Of a stretch of DNA of 64,000 nt, positions 1-64,000 are shown in pieces (the first letter of the stretch is position 1; every line of letters begins with the position of its first letter). The translations under genes and the position numbers were made by a program. The DNA is taken from the NCBI RefSeq assembly GCF_009914755.1, contig NC_060941.1; one strand, given 5' to 3'. The stretch is from the human T2T-CHM13v2.0 reference genome, Homo sapiens. Below the pieces are notes generated by a model. The model made no database searches. It saw only the letters and a list, made by a program, of their open reading frames with translations, and had not been told where the DNA came from.

Positions 1-815
1 TAGCTGACTCTACATATAATGTGTAATCAGATAATCCAATAGAGAGGAATTGTCCAAATAGTTTTAGTACCTTTCTGATCATCTGACTCAGTAGGCTAGG
101 AGACAATCTGTCATCTGAGCCATAGTTCTTGAGATTTAAAAAGTCTGTCCAGTGACTGCAATCTGATTATGAATAAACTATTTTAACTATTCATTCTTGC
201 TGAAACTGAAGTGTACACAATAGCACACTGTTGGCATGCTGAGGCAAAACATTGGGTTCTTTTGTGTTCTACCTTCAAAACAATCTGTTTGCATTTGAAA
301 TATAAGTGTTTAAGCTTTTTAGGAGTTAGTGTAATAAGAGAATGTGAATATGTTGGGAAATTTTCAGATGCCATTAATAATTGTAATTTTGTTGTTAAAT
401 TAACAAGGACTTTAGGATAAGCCTCTTGATGTTTTTTGCTTTAAATTGAAAGCATGTCTGTCAAATTGCAAGTCTCCCTTCAGTTTCTATATATCACCCA
501 GGAGAGGGTCTCTGAGTTGGTGTTGTACCTGTACCACTCACATGTAGCTCAAGTGTAATTTGTAGTGTTTACATTCAAGCTGGGATCTTGATTGGTTAAA
601 TTAATCCACATACCACTGCCACTGCTGAAGGACCAGGTGTTGGAATACACAGCATTACAGACTATAAGCAAAGCAAACAAAAGTTGATCCTTACATATGC
701 CATCCTTCTGTGTCATTTTGTGGCTGTTCTGTGTTTTTCTTCCTAGTTATTTATTATTGTTAATAACTTACTTTTTCTTACATTCTGTTGTAAATAAAAT
801 ACAAAGCAATCTTCT
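1..815 (+). other. PITPNC1: Probable distal 3' UTR of the upstream gene PITPNC1
   Basis: AT-rich, repeat-free, non-coding sequence ending in AATAAA (793-798). Identity is inferred from recalled gene order (PITPNC1 ends ~20 kb upstream of NOL11 on the same strand); no coding exon is visible. Confidence 0.65.
793..798 (+). terminator. Polyadenylation signal AATAAA (probable PITPNC1 distal PAS)
   Basis: gtaAATAAAatac with a U-rich upstream region and a pyrimidine-rich downstream region. Confidence 0.6.
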
Positions 816-831
816 TTGCAAGCGTAGCTTC

Positions 832-880
832 CTCTCTCTCTCTCTCGCTCGCCCTCTCTCTCTCTCTCTCTCTCTCCTCT
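832..880. repeat. Imperfect (CT)n microsatellite
   Basis: ctctctctctctctcgctcgccctctctctctctctctctctctcctct. Confidence 0.95.
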
Positions 881-1179
881 TTAGCTATTCTCGAGGGAAT
901 GTTAGTAATTGTTCACCTGTGGGTTGATGGGCTTGCTTCTTTTCCTCTATGGATTTTTTTACCCATCCCCATACCACTGCCACTGCTGAAGGACCAGGTG
1001 TTGGAATACACAGCATTACAGACTATAAGCAAAGCAAACAAAAGTTGATCCTCACAGATGCCATCCTTCTGTGTCATTGTGTGGCCTTGCCTGCTAGTAG
1101 GCATATGGCACCTTCAGGACCCTTGGTAGGAAAAGTCTGAGTGTCTGCACTAATTATCCAGCCAAAAATTACACAAGGT

Positions 1180-3402
<2,223 letters not shown>

Positions 3403-4369
3403 ATGTCACCCTCAGTCCTGAAGCTTTGACGCCTTTGGAACAACAATCTTTGTGCATGTTCACATACAGTTGTGTGTGTGTTTAACTCAGTGCGGTTGAT
3501 CCAGGCAAACCCTGTTTTCCAGCTGACAGACTGACTTTCTCTGCCTAATGTACCTGCCCCCTGACATTTCATCCTCCCATAAATCCTCCTTTTTCCATAG
3601 TATGCAACCTAGTAGGATATCCCACTCAAATCCAAATCTTCAAGTGCTTCCCTGCTCCTGGGAAAGTTGGAAGCAGGCTGGGACTTTGCCTTAATGCTTT
3701 TGCTCTGTTCCCAGCACTGAGGAATGGAGCTAGCCTGTGGCCAAAGAAACGACACAGCCTCAGAAACCTACTGAATCAGCCATTCAGTGAAGCAACATTA
3801 ACGGGCTGAATTAAGCACCTGGGATTTAAGGGCTAATTATGTTTAACTGTAAGTACCAACTTTCCGCACTGTAAGCAGACACAAAAGACAGGGCCATCAT
3901 TTCCCCTCCTTTAGCTTTTGTAGAAGGGAGTTTTGACCGCTTTGTCCCTGGAGCGTATTTGAGGGTGGCCAAATCTGGACTTCTGTGATTTTTTAAAAAA
4001 AAATCATTCCAAAATAACTTTCTTGCTCCCAAGAGATTCCACAGGCAAGATGCTGGCAGTTTACAGCTCATTAGCAACCCTTGAGAATCATTTTGTGCTC
4101 TTAAGCATACCAGTGATTATATTCAGAGTGTTCAGAGACAGCTTGCTGCTTTCTCTGTGCAGTCAGTCAACAGTACTGAATGCATATTTTGTCTTTTCTC
4201 AGAATACAACTTGAAAATTTACAAAGATTCTACAAGTTTAAATTTTCCCACTGTCATCTTACAGTTAACTGTATTTCTTTGCATTTTGCTAAAAATCTTA
4301 TTATATAAATCCAAGAATGTGACTTTTCACCTTAAGTACTTTAGAATTTTTCTGTAGAGCATAATCCGT

Positions 4370-4790
4370 ACATGCCTGTCTTTCTACAAAATGCTTTGAG
4401 GATATTGAATTGTTTTATAAACACCTTTACATTTGGTACATAGCATGTTTATCATTTTTCATAGCTATATAATATTCCATTGGGTTGAAAATCAGTAACT
4501 TACTTAAACATTCCTTTATTATTTAGCATTTAGGTTATGTTCCAGATTTTGTTATTATATACAGTGCCATTAGGAACATCTTTGCAACATAGCTTATGTC
4601 TTCTTTTTAATTATTTGTTCTGGATAAATTCCCAGAAATTGAATTACTGGGTCAAAGGATGTAAGTATTTTCCTGACTTTTGGGTCCTTACTGCCAACAT
4701 CCCCTCCAAAGAAAATTATACCAATTTACAATTCCACTGACAATATGTGAGTGAGAACATGTGTCTCTTTAAACAAGTATTTGCCATTGT
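4370..4790 (-). mobile_element. Old L1M fragment
   Basis: Antisense L1 3' phrases: aatattccattg, ggataaattcccagaaattgaattactgggtcaaagg, ccaatttacaattccac. Confidence 0.65.
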
Positions 4791-5570
4791 AAAAGTTCAC
4801 CAGTCTCAACTTATTAAGCAATTGCCAGCATCCAATTTCCATACAAGTCTTTTGTTAAAGTATTAATAGGTCAAATATCCTTATTTTGGGTAGTCATGTG
4901 ATGAAGGGAGAGCCCAGACACAAAGAAGCTCTCCGAATTATTTAAATGTTCAGTGCCTTCTCCAGCCTAGCTAGCAAACTGTAGAAACATTTGACTGGCT
5001 ACTACAGAAACAAAAGCCTAACTTGAGCATAAGGAACTGCATTTAATTGAATAAACAAACATCAATTCTAAGTCATTTTGTTTTCACACTTTCAGGGATA
5101 ACAAACATTGAATGCATCTTTTTATTTGAGGTTTTCCTGAAAACCACCATATACGTGCCAACAAGTTTTTGGGTTTTTGCTTTTTTTTTTTTTTTTACCA
5201 AGAAGGAATCAGTTAAAAAAAAAAAAAGAAAGAAAGAAAAAAGAAAAGAAAAAAAAACTCCAGCTCTCTTACTGTTATTTTAGAATCAGTGATTCCCAAA
5301 TTCTAGCAGAACCTTGGTAAGGACAAAGCAGAGTCCCTCCTAAGTCTTTGATTTAACTTCTCGGGAAGCAACGTGATGACAGATCACACATGTGCTCCAA
5401 AAAAGAGAAGAAACAGTTGGTACATAGCACCCTTTTCAGCCACGCGCAAGCCATTCCTGAGGAATAGAGAATTCTCCACCAGGAGAGTACTATGCTCATT
5501 TCTCATACATAACGAGGACCAGGTATAAAATTTACACTCAAGTTAGTTTGGAATCTGACTGCAGTGTTTA

Positions 5571-7940
<2,370 letters not shown>

Positions 7941-7961
7941 TTTGCCTATTCTGTACCTCAT

Positions 7962-8322
7962 TGTATTAGTCTGTTCTCACACTGCTAATAAAGACATACC
8001 TGAGACTAGGTAATTTATAAAGGAAAGAGGTTTAATTGACTCACGGTTACACATGGCTGGGGAGGCCTCACAATCATGGTGGAAGGCAAAGAGGAGAAAG
8101 GCACATCTTACATGATGGCAGGCAAGAGAGCGGTGCAGGGGAACTCCCCCTTATAAAACCATTAGCTCTCCTGAGACTTATTCACTATTATGAGCACAGC
8201 ACGGGAATAACCCACCCCCATGATTCGATTACCTCCCACCAGGTCCTTCCCACAACACGTGGGAATTATGGAAGCTACAATTCAAGATGAGATTTGGGTG
8301 GGGACACAGCCAAACCATATCA
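7962..8322 (-). mobile_element. THE1-family (MaLR) solo LTR inserted in an L1M fragment
   Basis: tgtattagtctgttctcacactgctaataaagacatacc ... ggggacacagccaaaccatatca, 361 bp, with a perfect 5-bp TSD CTCAT (7957-7961 / 8323-8327). Confidence 0.95.
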
Positions 8323-8491
8323 CTCATGTAAGTGGAATCCTGTAATATGTGTCCTTTTGTGTCTGTCTTACTTCACTTAGCATAATGTTTTCAAGGTTCA
8401 TCCATGTTATAGCATGCATCAAACATTTTAAAGTCTTATTTTATGGGAAGAGGGAAATCCTATAAGCCAGTAAACATACTGTACAGTTTGC

Positions 8492-9221
<730 letters not shown>

Positions 9222-9279
9222 AGTGCAGCACTAGTAAGCAGAAGTTCTCTAATTATTAGAAAACAGATATTTCCTTGTT

Positions 9280-14665
<5,386 letters not shown>

Positions 14666-15000
14666 CTGACCTCAGAGTGTAGTAGAAATGATAAATAATA
14701 ATTATATAGTCACACAAATGTGTAGTTGCAACTTCATACAGGTCAATGAAGGAATGTTACATCATGCTAGGACAGCATATACCATAAGAAAAGAGGGCTG
14801 TTCAGCAGAAGCTGTGATCTGAAAGACAAGTGGCAGCTAGATGAAGCAGGAAAGGAAATAGCATGGGCACAGAGGTGAGGGGGGTGGGCATAGCCTGTTC
14901 CAGGTTCTGAAGAATATGGCTTGAGAAAGAGGACAAGAGATGTCTGATGAGGGATGAGCCAGGAAAGAAGGGTAGGGGCTAGATCTTACAAAGCCCTTGT

Positions 15001-15482
<482 letters not shown>

Positions 15483-16260
15483 TTTGTAGGTCAAGGTAAG
15501 GATTTGATTTTGCTCATATCCTGAGAATAAGGTATTAAAGGGTTTTAAGCAGGGAGTGGAATAATCGGATTTGAATTTTAATAGATCATACTGGCTACAG
15601 ATTGGAAGAAGGCAACAAAGAAGCAGGGAGACCAGGAAGCAATTATTGCGGTCCAAGAAAGAGATGGGACTGGGAATGGGGGCGGGGCCAGTGGAGAAGG
15701 AGAGAGGTAGACAGGTTGAGCTATATTTAGAAGATAAAATCCACAGTACTTGGCAACCTACTCCAGTCCCACTGCTTTATATTCCTATCATGTGCCAATG
15801 ATACCTCAATCTATATCACCCGCCTGGGCTCTGCCAGGAACTCCAGCATCATATGGGATACAGCTTATTTGGCATCTCACTTAACACAGCCAAAATAGAA
15901 ATTTGGGTATGGCTTCTCCAAACAACCCTTGCAAATGTGCTACTCCCCTGCCTAGACTTCCCCATTTCAGTAGGGAACACCCCAATCCACCTGGTCACTC
16001 AAGGTAAATGTGCAGAACATGCCTTTGATTCCTCCCTCCCTCTCACCATCACACTCAACCCATCTGCCACCCTGTCAACTCTCCCTCCAAATCACATCCT
16101 GAATTGATCCACTTTTCCCTATCTCCGCTATCACCACCTACCACAAGCCACTATCTCTTGTATCCTCAAAATTGGTATTTCTGCTTCTGCTTTTTATCCC
16201 CTATGAGCTATTCTCTGCTTGAGAGCCAGCGTGATCCTTTCAAAACAGAAATCAGACCTT
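15483..16260. mobile_element. L2 fragments in two orientations
   Basis: ggttttaagcagggagtgg...gaagcagggagaccagg, followed by cagcttatttggcatctcac...agccagcgtgatcctttcaaaacagaaatcaga. Confidence 0.65.
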
Positions 16261-16296
16261 AGCTTAAAACTTTTTTTTTTTTTTTTTTTTTTTTTA

Positions 16297-17925
<1,629 letters not shown>

Positions 17926-18878
17926 TTTAAAATATACTCATTGGGTTTTGGCACCACCGGGAGGGCGCTAACATTAGGTTGAAATGTATGCCCCAAAGGA
18001 TGACAAAGATCTTAGATTCTTCCTCTCTCTCTCTGATTTTTGCTGGGCAGAAAACTTCTTCGGGGCATATGCCTAAATTCTGGTAATATTGTTCAATTAT
18101 TTGCTATGGTCTGAACATTTACCGCAAAGGTTTTTTGAGTTTCTGAAACCGAAAAACATATCTTAGAGTATCTCAGATCTTATTTAAGAATCACCACAAC
18201 TTTCAAATAATATAGAGATTTGGTGGCATACAAATATCTACCATTCACTTTCTTTGCTGAATGGTCCTTCTACGAATATTCCTTTGATGAAGCACTTACT
18301 TTACCCCATTCATGCAATGTACACGTCACCAGCTGTCAACCTTCCATGACAAATTTCTAATGGGTAACATCCTCCCTTTTGAATGTGAGCAGGCTTCCCT
18401 TCCTACCCATTATATATTTAGACTCATTCATTGTATATTTATCATCTGATTCTATTCTAGGAATTGAATGTGAGAGGCAATATCTTCCCCCAGTCTTCAC
18501 AGCTAGGCAGCCAAGCAGCATAAACATGACAAACAATCCAGAGAGAACATCCACAACACACAGTAAAATGCACAGGGTCACAGCTGCCTTTGAAGACCAG
18601 CCTTAAATGTCTCTAACCAGTGAGGGATAGCCAGACCCTCTTCTTGCTCATTGACCTTGATGGATGCACATTGGAAGTGGAACGCCTCCTGACCCGTTCC
18701 TAGCTTAGGCTTGGTTGCAGAAGACTCCTAGTTCCCTTATTATAGCTGGTGTCCTTTCCAGAAAGGATTGTAATCTCCTTTAATAGTTTACCAAACTTAG
18801 ACTCAAATTTACAGACGAATATGCAAGCACAGTTCCAGCTTTCTCAACCAGGAAGTCTTACTTTCCCTTAATGGATCA

Positions 18879-20505
<1,627 letters not shown>

Positions 20506-21496
20506 TGAACAACAAAAGACCTATTAGCATTATAAAAATAGACTGCATTTGATTCCTTCACAGTAGCTGGATATTCTCCTTTTGCCCATGTCGTCATGTT
20601 GGGGCAATGAGAAACAACACACATGGCGATCTGGTGGATGCTTAAATCTAAACTGAGGCACTTTGTCACACTGGGTACATTTGTTTAGTAATTGCCTATT
20701 AAATGGTTTCTCCCTAAGAACATCACAATTTATCTTTACTTATTTATTTAACATTATTGATTGAATCTGCCATGCTTATCTTAGAAACATACATTTCTCC
20801 CGGAAATAAAAACCTTGCCAAAAATCACACAGGGGACCTTCAACTTCACCTTCATCAAACTAGTCTGAATTTCCTGTAAGCTGAGGAGAGATTTTCCCCA
20901 CTGGGGCTCAGAGAAGGGGAGTCAGAGAACTCAGAAGGCCTGAAAGACTGAAAAGACTGGAGATCTCTAGAGGGTTCCAAGAAACTTGGGGGGAATTAAG
21001 CATTTCACGTAGGAACAGCACGTTATTGGGAGTTTACCTACAGAGATAAATATTTTTTCTTTGGCAGATCGTTCCACAAGGCCATGGATGGAATTCCTAG
21101 GGAGTTCCCTTGCAATTAAAAAAAAAAAAAATCTAGCTTATTTATATTCGACCACTCCCTAGACCCATCTACAGTCTCTCAAGTCCCCACCTAGAACAGC
21201 ACGCAGCCGATTCAGGACCCAGTAAGCAACACTTCCGCGCCTACCCTATCCCTTCCTGGAGCACATCCGGGACTCGGCGAGGCGTGGTCTCGGGAGGCGG
21301 AGTCTGACGCAAGCCGGCCCAGCCCACCTGGCTAAATTCACAGTCGCGCTCGCTCCTTCCGCCCGCCAGAGGTCGCAGGCTGCGAGAGCAGGTTCCTGGT
21401 TTGGCAAGCACTCGCCCCCTCAGGCCCGTTCATTCTCGCGAGAGAAAGCGCGAGGCCTGCCGGGAGTGAGCGCGGCCGTACTTAGGTTTGCTCAAA

Positions 21497-47108
<25,612 letters not shown>

Positions 47109-47425
47109 TATTATCAATTCTCCTTCATAGACATTTTATAAAGCTCTTTTATGTGAACTCTTGCTTCATCCAGGCAAGAACGGTGTTTTGTTTGCGACCA
47201 TCTCAGTGTCAAGAGAAACGTGTCAGTGAGTACCTGGACCATCACTTAACTGATGCTCCGGGGTAGGACTGCAGGTTTCACATGAACCTGTTCTAGGCTG
47301 TGGACATTGGTGTGGAGAGGTTCTGCAATTTTTTAAAAATATGTAACTGGGTTGATTTTAAGTAAAATTATTTGTGTATTGATAAAAGTCTAATTTCTTA
47401 TCATGTGTTTTGAATTTTTTCTTTT

Positions 47426-47431
47426 AATAAA
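47426..47431 (+). terminator. NOL11: NOL11 polyadenylation signal (a second AATAAA lies at 47761-47766)
   Basis: AATAAA ~320 nt after the stop codon, preceded by a U-rich tract. Confidence 0.8.
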
Positions 47432-47863
47432 AAATGACCATTGAAGCAGTGATTCTAGGAAGAATGTAATTTTATCAGAGTCAGAAGCTGCCCCTGCTCA
47501 TTTGTTCCACAGCTCACCTTTATTTCACACATTTGCAGTGTGTCTTCTGCCACAAGCAGGGCAGAGAGGGGCCCTCACACAGGCACGTGATTGCCTCCTG
47601 CGGTCTCCCCTGTCCTTTAGGACAAATGAAAAGTTCAAGTGTGATTCTACAGCCCAGCTTTACAGAAAGAATCCTGATGGCTGAATTTACCTTGCAGTAG
47701 TGAAAAGCTGCGTTTTAGGTCAGGCACTGTATGTAAACTTTAGTCACACATTTGGCCGTTAATAAACAGGTTCTCCTCCATTGTTTTTAATCTCTCAGTA
47801 GGCCTTAATGAAAAGAAATCCCAAAGGAACAGGGTAAAGCCTCTATTAATGATGACATTCTCA

Positions 47864-53740
<5,877 letters not shown>

Positions 53741-53861
53741 AAAAAGGAAAAATTATTTTACTGGAAAACACATTGTGAATATTTTTTTCCTTCCATTAAA
53801 GCAAAAGTTGGCCAGGCATGGTGGCTCAGGCCTGTAATCACAGTACTTTGGGATGCCAAGG

Positions 53862-54945
53862 TGATAGCAGCAGGAGGCAGACAAACCCTAGGCAGACAGG
53901 GGCAGATCCCCAGTGAAACCCAAACTTCAAGCCAAAGACAGTTTAAAGCCTAGCTACAAGTCCTGGGTAAGTCCACAGACTGGATTGGGAAACTGTCTTC
54001 CTGTTTGGCACACTTTCCTCTGATTGATCCCCACCCTGCACCTGTTTTACATGTATATACCCTTCCCTAATTGGTGTATTACACTGTCGTGCCCACCTTT
54101 GAGTGGTGCCTTTGTTTTAGCCTTTTTTTGCTTACCCACAAACCAATCAGCACTCCCTATTCTGAGCACATAAAAGCCCCAGACCCAGCCACACTGAGTG
54201 AGAGACCACCTGACTTTGAGTAGGGGACCACCCTCACATCCCGTCTCTACTGAGAGCTGTTTTGTCACTCACTAAAATTCTTCTCCACCCTCGTCACCCT
54301 TTATTGTCAGTATAACCTCATTCTTCTTGGACAGGGGATAAGAACTTGGGACCCACCAAGCACGGGTACAAAGAAGGCTGTACACCCTCCACCAGTGGAG
54401 AGCAGCTGCCTCATGTGATGGGAAGCAGCAGCAGGGCCAAGCCAGCCCTGGAGCCTTGGGCCAGAGCAGGGCAACAGGACTGATGGTGTTGTTAACATGG
54501 CATTGTCCATCAGGCTGCGGACAAAGGGACTAAAAGAGCTAATTTGCATGCCATAACACCCCCTCTGGGGCTTCAGGGTCATGGGCACCCCTGCCTGGGT
54601 GCCACCGTGTTCCCCTCCTCTGGATGCCAGAGTCCACCATGGGAGTCACTTGTGACATGCCTGGTCCAGCTACAAGCCCCACATGGAGCCCATTCCCCTG
54701 CCAGCACTTGGAACGGCCAGCCAGACCCCACACTCCCTCACTCACACACCCCGTCCTGCCAGGGGCTAAGCACACAGTAGTGGCAGCTATGGGACCTGCA
54801 CTGGAGTGCAAGCCAGGTGCAGCCCAGCAGGCTGAGTAGACAGGGTGTCTCCTGCAGCAAGCCCAGGCCTGAGCAAGGCCTGGGCAGGGGAGTTGCCAGC
54901 TGGAAATCTCCAGCTGGCAAAGTGACTAAGAAAAATCCTGCATCA
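53862..54945 (+). mobile_element. ERV1 solo LTR (LTR28/LTR27/LTR1-MER52 group) inserted inside an AluJ-like element (~53810-55178)
   Basis: TG...CA termini, 1084 bp, 4-bp TSD AAGG (53858-61 / 54946-49); internal CCAAT ~54143 and cATAAAA ~54169. Removing the LTR restores the Alu: gggatgccaagg|tgggaggat. Confidence 0.88.
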
Positions 54946-55225
54946 AAGGTGGGAGGATCTCTTGAGCACAGGAGTTTGAGACCAGCCTGGGTAACCCCGT
55001 CTCTACAAAAAATAAAAAATTAGCTGGTCCCAGTGGTGCCTACCTGTAGTCCCAGCCACTTGGGAGGCTGAGGTGGGAAGATGGCATGAGCCCAGGAGTT
55101 CCAGGCTGCAGAGAGTGGCATGCCACCACACTCCAGCCTGTGTGACAGAGTGAGAGCCTGTCTCAAAAAAAATAAAAGAGTTTGATTTCTTTGATGTTAA
55201 GTGTCCTCAATGAACAGGAGCCTGA

Positions 55226-58070
<2,845 letters not shown>

Positions 58071-58072
58071 GC

Positions 58073-59985
<1,913 letters not shown>

Positions 59986-59986
59986 A

Positions 59987-64000
<4,014 letters not shown>

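Larger units (their letters stand above)
604..1085 (+). repeat. 121-bp direct repeat, copies at 604-724 and 965-1085
   Basis: Ungapped alignment at offset 361 with 4 mismatches; 83-bp perfect run at 609-691 / 970-1052. Confidence 0.97.

Noticed and set aside
913-1140. ORFs over the 121-bp repeat, or the repeat as a snoRNA pair
   Set aside because: No protein similarity that I recognise, and no properly placed C/D or H/ACA boxes on either strand.
54307-55023. Overlapping GC-rich ORFs
   Set aside because: They lie inside a solo LTR and show no gag/pol/env character.

Overview
Primate DNA, almost certainly human, recognised as the chr17q24.2 NOL11 locus. The complete 18-exon NOL11 CDS lies on the + strand (ATG 21497 to TGA 47108). 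The exons join in frame to 2160 nt (719 aa plus stop). The gene has a CpG-island promoter, one U12-type (minor) intron (intron 14) and the H/ACA snoRNA SNORA38B in intron 16. The first ~0.8 kb is probably the end of the PITPNC1 3' UTR, inferred from recalled gene order and an AATAAA at 793. The rest is very Alu-dense, with L1M/L2/MIR relics, MaLR and ERV1 solo LTRs and small DNA transposons. Almost all listed ORFs are Alu-derived or spurious. The most unusual items are: a ~97% identical 121-bp direct repeat straddling the upstream poly(A) site; two apparent locally templated insertions; three Alus with palindrome-forming rewrites near the B box; a BC200-like monomer retrocopy; an atypical U12 3' end with a competing AG; and a snoRNA sitting in the loop of an inverted-Alu pair. 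I found no clearly new gene system. Repeat subfamily names are from memory of consensus sequences and repeat boundaries are approximate.
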